The notes below the pieces were generated by a model. That model was given only the letters and a program-made list of their open reading frames with translations. It made no database searches and had not been told where the DNA came from. Positions 9,370 to 17,516 of a stretch of 64,000 nucleotides of DNA are shown here, piece after piece. Every line of letters begins with the position of its first letter. Positions within the stretch are counted from its first letter, which is position 1. The position numbers and the translations under genes were made by a program. The stretch lies in the sequence record PQ015379.1; one strand, written 5' to 3'.

Positions 9370-9543
9370 TCACCAGTTGAGTTTAGATGCGCGCTCAAGC
9401 ACCTGTGCCAGTGCTTTGTCGTACGCTTCCTGTTCGATTTTCTTGGCCAGCGCCTTCACGTCTGGATGCAGGATGATGTTGCCCTGTTCGTCACGCGGAT
9501 TTTTGAAATCCACCACTGCAACGTTGTCGGATTTTTTAGCCAT
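9370..9543 (-). CDS. small hypothetical protein (57 aa)
   Basis: Translated by hand: MAKKSDNVAVVDFKNPRDEQGNIILHPDVKALAKKIEQEAYDKALAQVLERASKLNW; AGGTG RBS; preceded by ACTGTAAA. Confidence 0.7.
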   Translation of the reverse strand: MAKKSDNVAVVDFKNPRDEQGNIILHPDVKALAKKIEQEAYDKALAQVLERASKLNW

Positions 9544-10573
9544 GTCTCACCTGAAGATTTACAGTTTTTTCTTCCGCCATATGTTGTCGCATGAGCGCCT
9601 GTTCTTCCGGCGTGAAATACTCGCCAATGTCGAGGCTAAGACGTGCGATGCCGAGCGGGTCCACTTTCTTGGCCAGACGCTGCACCAGCGTGCGGCTCTG
9701 TTCGATTTCGATATCCTTTTCGAGTGCATTCCCCGGCGTTAGCACCGAGTGCAGCGCCATGCCCCCGCCTTCGTCTTCGTCGTCGCCATAAATTGCGTCA
9801 AGGCTCACGCTGAAATTGACGTGGTGGCTGGTCCCTTCGAACAGTTTTTTCTTCTGCGCTTGGGGCACGGTGTAGGCCACGCCGTATTCGTGTTCCTTGC
9901 TGGCTTTCATGGCGTTCTTCGTCCAGAACTGAACGTAAGAAGTTAGCGCACCTTTCCGACTGTCGTATTTGTCGAGCGCGGTGATCACCGCCTTGATGAT
10001 CGACTGCACAAGGTCTTTGTAACTCGACCGGCCTTGCGCCCCCACCACGTGAGCCTTGGCCCATTTGTTGGCGCTCTTCACGTAGTGGCCGACCACCGAA
10101 TTTCGGTACGAATAAAACCGCTTGAGATATGCGTTGCAGATTTGCAAAGCGTTGTACAGCGCCGACCGCTCACACATCCCGACTTGCACCGCGTATTTAT
10201 CGAGGGCCACTTGCTTTTCCTTGGACGGGTCGAGCAAGAATTCCTTGTACTGGCGCACGTAGCGCATGTTCTCGGCTGTGAACGTAGTCAGGAATTTGTG
10301 GATGAAGAAACGTTCCACACGGGCCGCACGAATGAAATCGAATTTATGCTTTCTGTCTTGCACACTGAGATAGGCGGCCAGCTTCTCGACGGCCTCGCCA
10401 CGATCCAGCGAACTCAACTTGCGTTTCCGGTTAGTGGCAACCAGCAGCAGCAAATATTCGACCTGCGCATCGAAAACGTTGGTGTACAAAACCAGCGGCT
10501 CTAGCGCCTTGTAAAGGAGCATGTCCATAATCTGCTGAATTTGTTCACCGGTCATGTTTTTATCAGCAGACAT
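9536..10573 (-). CDS. sigma-70-like RNA polymerase sigma factor
   Basis: YKDLVQSIIKAVITALDKYDSRKGALTSYVQFWTKNAM is a clear sigma region 2 (DL.Q...A.DKFD..RG..F.TYA.WW). Confidence 0.8.
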   Translation of the reverse strand: MSADKNMTGEQIQQIMDMLLYKALEPLVLYTNVFDAQVEYLLLLVATNRKRKLSSLDRGEAVEKLAAYLSVQDRKHKFDFIRAARVERFFIHKFLTTFTAENMRYVRQYKEFLLDPSKEKQVALDKYAVQVGMCERSALYNALQICNAYLKRFYSYRNSVVGHYVKSANKWAKAHVVGAQGRSSYKDLVQSIIKAVITALDKYDSRKGALTSYVQFWTKNAMKASKEHEYGVAYTVPQAQKKKLFEGTSHHVNFSVSLDAIYGDDEDEGGGMALHSVLTPGNALEKDIEIEQSRTLVQRLAKKVDPLGIARLSLDIGEYFTPEEQALMRQHMAEEKTVNLQVRHG

Positions 10574-10584
10574 TTTGTCTCCTA

Positions 10585-10839
10585 TCAGGTGTTACCGTTA
10601 ACGAAATCCATCAGTTCTTGCAACGTCGGGGCCGCCACTGCGTGCGAACCAACCGGCGTGTCAGGATACCACTGAAGCGTCCATATTTCGTTGGCTTCAA
10701 GTGCGCGCCGCTTTGCGTCGGCTGATACCCAGTCGAACCAGTCATTTTCCTCGATGTAATCAGCGAGTGACTGGTAATAATCCTTGTGCGCGTTGTGCTG
10801 CAACGTCAGGCTGCACTCATGTCTCGGAAATTGGATCAT
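10585..10839 (-). CDS. hypothetical phage protein
   Basis: 84 aa; EIWTLQWYPDTPVG. Confidence 0.7.
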   Translation of the reverse strand: MIQFPRHECSLTLQHNAHKDYYQSLADYIEENDWFDWVSADAKRRALEANEIWTLQWYPDTPVGSHAVAAPTLQELMDFVNGNT

Positions 10840-11155
10840 TTACGATTTGCTCCGGACGGGTTTTCTCGAAAGCATTCTGCGCTTCGTCACAGACTGCCAC
10901 GAAACGTTGGATGGCATCGCGTTGCTCGCTGATCAGGAACCGAGTAGTTACGGTCTGGCGTCCAGTGTCTGGAAATTCCTGCACCAAATCCAAGTCGTAA
11001 TAATCATCACGGCGAATCAGATGTACTTCGGTTGTGCCAGCTGCGAAATCTATGCCGTCCACCAGCAGCTGGTTAAGTGCGTTGGTGATGTGCGGATGAT
11101 CGTCATCCCACGGAATCCGGTGGATGAAGTGCATCATGTTGAAAGGTTTGTTCAT
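10817..11155 (-). CDS. hypothetical protein
   Basis: 112 aa coupled ORF. Confidence 0.65.
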   Translation of the reverse strand: MNKPFNMMHFIHRIPWDDDHPHITNALNQLLVDGIDFAAGTTEVHLIRRDDYYDLDLVQEFPDTGRQTVTTRFLISEQRDAIQRFVAVCDEAQNAFEKTRPEQIVNDPISET

Positions 11156-11400
11156 TGTGGTTCGTTCCCTTCGCGCATGGCCCGCATTTTGTCACGGGTG
11201 ATAATGTCGGTGCAGCGTTGGTGTCCGTGGAAGCATTTGTCAGGCATTCCGTTCGGATCACTACAGCAACAGTCGGAACAAATCCAACCACATTCACCGC
11301 GTGCCGCCTGTGCAGTCCACTCACGCATTTGACGCGAACTTTCTGCTAGGTACGATTCGAGTTTATGTGCCGGAATTTCAGTGACGGTTAGCAGGGCCAT
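11152..11400 (-). CDS. hypothetical Cys-rich protein
   Basis: 82 aa; CGWICSDC...C.HGH..C. Confidence 0.65.
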   Translation of the reverse strand: MALLTVTEIPAHKLESYLAESSRQMREWTAQAARGECGWICSDCCCSDPNGMPDKCFHGHQRCTDIITRDKMRAMREGNEPQ

Positions 11401-11410
11401 GATTCACCTT

Positions 11411-11935
11411 TCAGCGTGTTTGAAACCAGTCGTCGGCCAGCAGGTCGGAAATCGATGGAACCCAACCCGGTTGGCGCTCGCCGTCTGCGTTTTCCAGAAC
11501 GAAACATGGCTTGAGCTTGTGCGCGTCGTGGAATTTCTGGATGTAGACCGACAGGCCTTTGCCGTTCCAGTTTTTACGCGAGAAACGATGGCCTCGTTTC
11601 AGCAGTGCGATCACCGGGCTGAAGTCAGTGTACAGTGGACGCAGCGCCGCCGTGACCACGACCATGTAATGCTTGGTGCCGGGCGCAAACTGCGTCGGGT
11701 CGGTATCCACCGACATGACTTGAGCACCACGCGAATAAATCGGTTCGCCCAAATGATCTTCGCGCAGTTGGGCCAGCGCGCCTTCTAGCGCCACCTCGAC
11801 ACTTTCGTGCGAATTGCCGACGTATTCTTTTTCGAAAAGCTGCACGCCATTGTGACGTGGGATTTGACCCGGTGCCACCATGGTGAGCGGCAGGCTCAAG
11901 TAGCCTTCGAGAATTTCTTTCGAAATTTGTTCCAT
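11411..11935 (-). CDS. DUF2829/Tad2-like domain protein with extra N-terminal domain
   Basis: C-terminal FSPVIALLKRGHRFSRKNWNGKG...GWVPSISDLLADDW is the DUF2829 signature. Confidence 0.75.
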   Translation of the reverse strand: MEQISKEILEGYLSLPLTMVAPGQIPRHNGVQLFEKEYVGNSHESVEVALEGALAQLREDHLGEPIYSRGAQVMSVDTDPTQFAPGTKHYMVVVTAALRPLYTDFSPVIALLKRGHRFSRKNWNGKGLSVYIQKFHDAHKLKPCFVLENADGERQPGWVPSISDLLADDWFQTR

Positions 11936-11944
11936 TGTTGATCC

Positions 11945-12103
11945 TCAACCTGTGATTTGATGCAGCCACGGTTTAACGAGGCCCCACAATTTCGGGACTC
12001 CCCAAACCAACAGACCGCCGACAACGATGCCCCCGACGATACAGAGGCCAAAAACGAAAGTCATGGCCTTGGCAATGCCGTCACCGATTCCCATGTCAGT
12101 CAT
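11945..12103 (-). CDS. small membrane protein (~52 aa)
   Basis: MTDMGIGDGIAKAMTFVFGLCIVGGIVVGGLLVWGVPKLW...; one hydrophobic helix. Confidence 0.65.
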   Translation of the reverse strand: MTDMGIGDGIAKAMTFVFGLCIVGGIVVGGLLVWGVPKLWGLVKPWLHQITG

Positions 12104-12311
12104 CCCATGAAATAATTGGTTTGTCGGTCGCGATAAGTGTTCGGGATCGCGACTTGAGTTCTTCCATTTTTTGCAGCTTTTGTTCGGTGGTGTATGTGTT
12201 CCAATCTCGAACTTCTGCGATTGTGCGATTGCACCCCTTGCAAAGGTCATCCCCGACATTGTGGGAACAGCGACCAATGCAAGGTGTGGTGCGAGGCCGG
12301 GTTACACTCAC
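12096..12311 (-). CDS. DUF1289-family small Cys protein
   Basis: TPCIGRC....DLCKGCNRT.AEVRDW. Confidence 0.8.
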   Translation of the reverse strand: MSVTRPRTTPCIGRCSHNVGDDLCKGCNRTIAEVRDWNTYTTEQKLQKMEELKSRSRTLIATDKPIISWDD

Positions 12312-12760
12312 GGGCCGACTGCGGTTTCCGTCACGTCAATGAACGAGAACTGCATGACGCGATGTACAGGCTTGCCATTCGCGGCGTCGAGGGCCATTTC
12401 CACGCTCATGTAACTCGGCTCGTTGAACGCAATTTTGCGCACAACTTCCCCGGCCATGTTGTAGATGTTGAAAACGAAATGCGCGAATTCATTTTTCAAC
12501 CCGGCAAACGCGTCCAGATAAATCTGGTCGTCCAGCTGTTCCATGAACACGATGGTCAGGATGCTGTCTTCGACCGCGTGTTCACGCCAGTAAATCGCTT
12601 TGATCGCGAGGCGAATTTTCTGGAAAGCACCATCGATCAGCAGACCCTGATACGAGTCGGACGGCACACTTTCCGAAAACAGAATGCAGTCCAGATCGAA
12701 GTTATCGTCCAGCATCGGTTCTTTCAAGCTGTAGATTTCTTCGAGCGTGGGCTTCGTCAT
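12308..12760 (-). CDS. possible tail-tube (gp19-like) fold protein
   Basis: N-terminal SLKEPMLDDNFDL and C-terminal V..VMQFSF resemble myovirus tube/tube-initiator proteins; weak. Confidence 0.3.
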   Translation of the reverse strand: MTKPTLEEIYSLKEPMLDDNFDLDCILFSESVPSDSYQGLLIDGAFQKIRLAIKAIYWREHAVEDSILTIVFMEQLDDQIYLDAFAGLKNEFAHFVFNIYNMAGEVVRKIAFNEPSYMSVEMALDAANGKPVHRVMQFSFIDVTETAVGP

Positions 12761-13248
12761 TCGGCGGCCTTTTCTTTTTGCACAGCGTTGAACACACGGG
12801 TGGCCACCGCACCTTCAGTGCGACCGGCGTAGTTTTCTTTCAGGAACTTGTGGAACAGACCGAGTTTGTCGAACGGGTTTTCCGCGAGAATTGCGCGGTA
12901 GTCTTGTTCGGTCAGCACGTCCGGGTTGTCGGACTGCTCTTTCTCGGCTTTGGCCGGGATGTATTTTTGCAGCAGACGGGTTTGGTTTTCGAGGCGCAGG
13001 ATTTCGCCAGCGTGCTCTTGCTCGCCGCCCTGCGATTTTTTCAGCAGTGCGATGGTTTCTGCGTTACCGGCCAGAATGCCCTTGATGATCAGCACCAGCG
13101 CGTCGTCACCGACTTTCGGTTTCTTGGCCTTGGTGCCCAGTTCGTAGTCACCGAGGATGCGGGTCAGGATCGGGTAGGTTTCTTTCGGGCTTTGCAGACG
13201 CGCAGTGTCGCGGTCAACGGTCAGCTGTTGCAGAATGGAAAGAGTCAT
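12757..13248 (-). CDS. YqeY/GatB-C-like protein
   Basis: LQQLTVDRDTAR...LTRILGD...DDALVLIIK...E..LLQKYIP follows the YqeY pattern. Confidence 0.6.
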   Translation of the reverse strand: MTLSILQQLTVDRDTARLQSPKETYPILTRILGDYELGTKAKKPKVGDDALVLIIKGILAGNAETIALLKKSQGGEQEHAGEILRLENQTRLLQKYIPAKAEKEQSDNPDVLTEQDYRAILAENPFDKLGLFHKFLKENYAGRTEGAVATRVFNAVQKEKAAE

Positions 13249-13265
13249 TTCTATTGTTCTCCTTT

Positions 13266-13820
13266 TCAGATTTTAACGTGGCCGATAACGGCGTTTTGCT
13301 TGGTGCCGTGTTGCAGGCAGATGAACACGTTTTGTGGCAGGCTGGGATGCGTGTAGACTTCGATGCCCATCAGCATTCCGACGTAGCCAGCTTCGCGCCC
13401 GGATTTCGAATGGTGCACGTCGAACCACGGATGCAACGCACCTTCGGCCCCGTCATTCAGCATGAAATATTCTTCGCTGTTCGTGAAGCGCACATAGTCC
13501 GCAATGTCGGTGCCCATCAGGAACAGATTGCCTGCCGATTTGTTGCGCAGGTCGTTGGCCAGTTCGATGGTCAGCGGTTGCGGCTCACGGTCGAGGATAG
13601 GCCATTGCTTGGTGAGTTCGGCGCCGAATACTTCGCGAATGATCCGCGAAATTTGATCAGCCAATGCACCAGCTTTTGGGAAAAGATTTTCGGTGAAAAG
13701 CTCTTCGGGTGTGTCGGTGGCTGGGCTGGCGGCGCGGATGGCTTCCAGCTGTTCATCGGTCAGTGGACCGTCGTCTGGTTCGTAGCTCATTTTTGGTTTC
13801 CTGTTACAGGTTGTCTTCAA
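13266..13820 (-). CDS. hypothetical protein
   Basis: 184 aa ORF; start may be MSYEP at 13790. Confidence 0.65.
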   Translation of the reverse strand: MKTTCNRKPKMSYEPDDGPLTDEQLEAIRAASPATDTPEELFTENLFPKAGALADQISRIIREVFGAELTKQWPILDREPQPLTIELANDLRNKSAGNLFLMGTDIADYVRFTNSEEYFMLNDGAEGALHPWFDVHHSKSGREAGYVGMLMGIEVYTHPSLPQNVFICLQHGTKQNAVIGHVKI

Positions 13821-14466
13821 TGACCAGTTTTGCCAGCGCGATCAGGTGCTTACACAGTCCGACAGCCATACCGGGGTTCATCCATACAGGCGGCTCGCCG
13901 TTGGAATAAATCAGGTAGGCAGCGCCACAACGGGCGTTCGCATATTCCCACGTGTACACGTAGTTTTCACACGTGCATTGCGCGAGCACACGCTTGTGCT
14001 TGTACAGCGGTTTATTTTCGCCGTTCTTGTCCAGCCCAACGATGTAGGTTTCGTGATAGCGCTTCACCTTGTCAGGGCGGAACGGATCGTTGGTCCACAT
14101 GATCCCTTTCACGGCTGGTCGGCCCGCTTTGGTGAACATGCGTTTGTAGCGGTGCGCCTCAACGTCTACCGCATTGTTAATGAAAAGTCGCGGGGTATTT
14201 CGGATAAGTTCTTTCAGCGATTTACCCTGTCGCGTGAAGAACGTTTCGGGCATCGGACGTGCGCCCAAGTTTTCGAACTTGCGCAGCTTGTACGGGACGC
14301 CGCGAACTTTGACGATACCGGCAGATCGCACAGGGGCCGCGCTAGACTTCCGCTTGCGTTCCTTGATCTTTTCGGCTTCGCGTTTCGCTTGGGTTTTCTT
14401 CGGCTTGGTGACGATCCGCGATTTCTTGACCGACTGCACCTTCACCTTTTTCGTTTTGACAGCCAT
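13804..14466 (-). CDS. SWIM zinc-finger protein with basic N-terminus
   Basis: CTCENY...GLCKHLIALA (CxC...CKH). Confidence 0.75.
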   Translation of the reverse strand: MAVKTKKVKVQSVKKSRIVTKPKKTQAKREAEKIKERKRKSSAAPVRSAGIVKVRGVPYKLRKFENLGARPMPETFFTRQGKSLKELIRNTPRLFINNAVDVEAHRYKRMFTKAGRPAVKGIMWTNDPFRPDKVKRYHETYIVGLDKNGENKPLYKHKRVLAQCTCENYVYTWEYANARCGAAYLIYSNGEPPVWMNPGMAVGLCKHLIALAKLVIEDNL

Positions 14467-15141
14467 TTACAGGGCCTCTAAACGTTTCTTCACAATGTCG
14501 AATTGGTACGGGTGGCCTGCCAGCACCAGCAAGCTGTTTTTCTTTTTGCGCTTCAAGATTTTATCCAGCTTCATTCCGCTGATATCCAGAACGCGCCCGC
14601 CCTTTTCGGGGATCTTGTCACGGTGGCCGTTGTAAACCAACAGCTGCACCTTCGCATCTGCTGTCGCGTACGACAATTCCGAGAATTTCGGCGGATCAAA
14701 TCTTTCCGTCACGCAATCCCGCACCTCGACCGTCATGCCCAGTCGGTACGCCTGATAAATCACGGTGTGAGAAACGGATGGATCAACGACGAACGTGATG
14801 TAGCCGCCCGGCTTCAGGATGCGTTGCAGGTGGCGCATTTCTTCCATCTGCTTATTGCGCCATGCGTCGGGGCGTAACCAGTTGAACGCGTTCAGCACGT
14901 GGTGTTCCGGGTACGCGTAGACGTAGGAAAAACATTCGTCTTTGATTTTGCGCAGGCTGTGCAGCAAGGTGCCTTGCCACACGGTGCCATGCTCATTGCT
15001 GAATCGGCGTTCGGGCACATTCTGATTGTGGGAAGTAACGATAAAACCGTTATGCTCTTCGCAGCGTGTGATGGTTGGCACGTCGCCTACCAGCACGCAA
15101 CCACAATTGAAGTGGTTAATCATCGTGTCGTAACGACTCAT
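14467..15141 (-). CDS. degenerate SAM-dependent (DNA N4/N6-like) methyltransferase with Cys-rich N-terminus
   Basis: LLHSLRKIKDECFSYVYAYP and EMRHLQRILKPGGYI resemble the N6_N4 MTase N-part, but DPPY is not intact; start uncertain (15141 or 15123). Confidence 0.45.
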   Translation of the reverse strand: MSRYDTMINHFNCGCVLVGDVPTITRCEEHNGFIVTSHNQNVPERRFSNEHGTVWQGTLLHSLRKIKDECFSYVYAYPEHHVLNAFNWLRPDAWRNKQMEEMRHLQRILKPGGYITFVVDPSVSHTVIYQAYRLGMTVEVRDCVTERFDPPKFSELSYATADAKVQLLVYNGHRDKIPEKGGRVLDISGMKLDKILKRKKKNSLLVLAGHPYQFDIVKKRLEAL

Positions 15142-15430
15142 GGAGTTTGCCGCCTTGTTCCCACTTCTGCACACGGCCAACAAACGTGCCGTATTCAACG
15201 TGGATTACCGTAGGAATTTCGTTGAGGAAGCGGACGGCTTCGTTGTTGCGCGTCACGTCAAAAGTCATGCGCTGATTTTCCGCGTCGAGGCTGGCCACGA
15301 AGGTCCAGATTTCTCCGTCAAGCGGGACCACTTGGTAAAGAACTGCCAAGTCTTTGAGTTCCTTCAGCTGCTGGCAAAGGCGTGCCGCCTTGCGGGATAC
15401 AACCGAGAAACGCGGGGCTTTTTTCTGCAT
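15116..15430 (-). CDS. hypothetical protein
   Basis: 104 aa, GAGG RBS. Confidence 0.65.
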   Translation of the reverse strand: MQKKAPRFSVVSRKAARLCQQLKELKDLAVLYQVVPLDGEIWTFVASLDAENQRMTFDVTRNNEAVRFLNEIPTVIHVEYGTFVGRVQKWEQGGKLHESLRHDD

Positions 15431-16082
15431 CGGCCAAAGCCTCTTTGTAGAGTCCTAACAGCCCGGCGTGGTCGCCTTTCAGGCGCACCATCGCGTGCTT
15501 GTAGAATGTCTGTAGATGGTGATTGAGTAGCACAGGCCAATGCGAAGTGCTGGTGAAAAGTTTTAGAAATTCGTCACGGGTTTGCGTCTGGCTGAAATCA
15601 GGCAGAGTGATCCCACGGGACAAGATTTCGGAATGGGTGTCGAAGCTCATGGCGCTGAAGGCTTTCTGTTCGACGAAAGCTTTCCAGCAAAGAGCGAGGT
15701 TGTTTTCGTCACGCTGCACAGCATGGAAAACGTAGGGGACTGCGGATTTGTCGAAATCAACCAACGACAGAATATGTTCGATCAGGTCGAGTTCGATTTG
15801 TGCCGCGATGTAGGCGGGACGGGTGATCAGGGCGCGTGCCCCGTCTTCCATCATGGTTGCCTTGGCGCGCAGTACGTTGGCCGGGGTTTCGTCCTTGTCG
15901 CCTAGAGATTCACGGGCGACAGTTTGGCGGTGGCCGCTGCGGTAGGATTCTGCGTGAGCGCTAGCCATCGCATGTTTCCGGTCTTCGCGAAGTTCGTAAA
16001 GTACGCGTGCGAATTCCGTTTGTGTGAAGCATGCGGCGCCCAAGCGATAAACGATTTGATCGACTGAATGCAGCCAGTGCAT
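15318..16082 (-). CDS. hypothetical protein
   Basis: 254 aa; 113-nt overlap with next gene; start uncertain. Confidence 0.65.
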   Translation of the reverse strand: MHWLHSVDQIVYRLGAACFTQTEFARVLYELREDRKHAMASAHAESYRSGHRQTVARESLGDKDETPANVLRAKATMMEDGARALITRPAYIAAQIELDLIEHILSLVDFDKSAVPYVFHAVQRDENNLALCWKAFVEQKAFSAMSFDTHSEILSRGITLPDFSQTQTRDEFLKLFTSTSHWPVLLNHHLQTFYKHAMVRLKGDHAGLLGLYKEALADAEKSPAFLGCIPQGGTPLPAAEGTQRLGSSLPSGPA

Positions 16083-16084
16083 AC

Positions 16085-16107
16085 AAGAAAAGGGGCCGTA
16101 GCCCCTT
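16085..16107 (-). terminator. intrinsic terminator
   Basis: AAGGGGC-TACG-GCCCCTT then TTCTT on the minus strand. Confidence 0.7.
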
Positions 16108-16132
16108 CCCCCGTTAGCTCAGAGCGCGTCGA

Positions 16133-16678
16133 TTACTCGAAGTCGTCGTACTCTTTTTTCTTTTTCGGCTTGTCGCCTTTCTTGGCTTTCTTGCCGTCGC
16201 TGTCCTTGGACTTTTTCTTCTTCGAAGATTTCTCTTCTACGTCCTTGGATTTCTTTTTCTTGGCCGGTTTTTCGTCGTCTTCAGCCTTGGCCTTTTTCTT
16301 CTTGGCCGGTTTTTCTTCCTCGGCTTTCACCTTGGATTTCTTGGACGGCTTTTCTTCGTCCTTTTTGGCTTTCTTGCCTTTGGCCGGTTTCTCTTCCTCG
16401 GCCTTGGCTTTCTTGCCTTTGGCAGGCTTTTCGTCTTTCTTGGCCTTGGCGCCTTTGGCGTCTTTGGCAGCGGCCTTGCCTTTGCCTTTGGCCGGGGCTT
16501 CGTCGCCGTTCAGCTTGGCTTCGAGGGCTTCGATTTGGGCGTTGGTTTCTTCCAGCTGCGCATCGACAGTTTCAGAAACTTTGGCCTGCGCCTTTTGGGT
16601 GGCTTCGAGGGCACGGGCCTGCTTGCGCAGACGACCGATTTCGGATTTGGCGTTGATGGTTACGTCGTTCTTGGCCAT
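16133..16678 (-). CDS. Lys-rich histone H1-like/charged disordered protein with N-terminal coiled coil
   Basis: Repeated EEKPAKGKKAK units. Confidence 0.75.
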   Translation of the reverse strand: MAKNDVTINAKSEIGRLRKQARALEATQKAQAKVSETVDAQLEETNAQIEALEAKLNGDEAPAKGKGKAAAKDAKGAKAKKDEKPAKGKKAKAEEEKPAKGKKAKKDEEKPSKKSKVKAEEEKPAKKKKAKAEDDEKPAKKKKSKDVEEKSSKKKKSKDSDGKKAKKGDKPKKKKEYDDFE

Positions 16679-16771
16679 GGTATTTCAGGTTCCTATTGGT
16701 TGCCGATTAGGCGGAGAGAACACCGGAAGCATCCGATGATCAGAAAATTTTCAAAATGCCGATTTTGGGCG

Positions 16772-16800
16772 AAAAGAAACCCGGCGGTTAGACCGGGTTC
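16772..16800 (-). terminator. intrinsic terminator after poly-Glu gene
   Basis: AACCCGG-TCTAACCG-CCGGGTT then TCTTTT on the minus strand. Confidence 0.7.
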
Positions 16801-16849
16801 CTTTGGAATACGCGGTTCGAATTAAGAAGTTATTCGAGAGGCGCGAAGG

Positions 16850-17380
16850 TCAGTCTTCCTCTTCTTCCTCTTCCTCTTCCTCTTCCTCTTCCTCTTCCTC
16901 TTCCTCTTCCTCTTCCTCTTCCTCTTCCTCTTCCTCTTCCTCTTCCTCTTCCTCTTCCTCTTCCTCTTCCTCTTCCTCTTCTTCCTCTTCTTCCTCTTCC
17001 TCTTCTTCCTCTTCTTCCTCTTCCTCTTCCTCTTCTTCCTCTTCTTCCTCTTCTTCCTCTTCTTCCTCTTCTTCCTCTTCCTCTTCCTCTTCCTCTTCCT
17101 CTTCCTCTTCCTCTTCCTCTTCCTCTTCCTCTTCTTCCTCTTCCTCTTCCTCTTCTTCCTCTTCTTCCTCTTCTTCCTCGGCCTCTTGCAGTTCGCCGAT
17201 GGCGCCGATCACGTCTTCAACGGTTTCGAAGCCTTTGTCTTGGAAGGAAACCAGAATTTGCAGCAGCACGCCGAGGTTGATCAGGTTCAGATCATCGGCG
17301 GTCAGTTGCGGGGCGCTCTTTTTCTTCGAGGCCTTTTTAGCGGCTGGTTTTGCTTTTGCTTTCGAGGACGACTTTGCCAT
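16850..17380 (-). CDS. poly-glutamate protein: basic N-tail, short hydrophobic helix, 108 consecutive Glu
   Basis: 176 aa; GGAG RBS; own terminator; two ACTGTAAA motifs upstream. Confidence 0.8.
   Translation of the reverse strand: MAKSSSKAKAKPAAKKASKKKSAPQLTADDLNLINLGVLLQILVSFQDKGFETVEDVIGAIGELQEAEEEEEEEEEEEEEEEEEEEEEEEEEEEEEEEEEEEEEEEEEEEEEEEEEEEEEEEEEEEEEEEEEEEEEEEEEEEEEEEEEEEEEEEEEEEEEEEEEEEEEEEEEEEED
16856..17179 (-). repeat. 324-bp GAA/GAG microsatellite encoding Glu108
   Basis: (TTCCTC)n interspersed with TTCTTCCTC units on the plus strand. Confidence 0.95.
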
Positions 17381-17422
17381 GTGAATCTAACTCCAGTTGG
17401 GATGATGTACTGCTGAATATGG

Positions 17423-17465
17423 TTTACAGTTTTCGACTGCTAACCCGGTATGTAGGGTTTACAGT
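17423..17465 (-). promoter_or_regulatory. tandem ACTGTAAA motifs (putative phage promoters)
   Basis: TTTACAGT at 17423-17430 and 17458-17465 in the intergenic space upstream of the poly-Glu gene. Confidence 0.65.
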
Positions 17466-17516
17466 TTTGAGCCACATGGGCGCCTCAGTCGAGGTCGCCC
17501 ATGAACTCGGTGTCAG

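Noticed and set aside
16110-16132. TAGCTCAG resembling a tRNA D-arm
   Set aside because: No anticodon arm, TTC T-loop or acceptor stem follows; no tRNA genes were recognised in the window.
16803-17384. Poly-Ser plus-strand ORF
   Set aside because: Antisense reading of the poly-Glu tract; the RBS, upstream motifs and terminator all support the minus strand.
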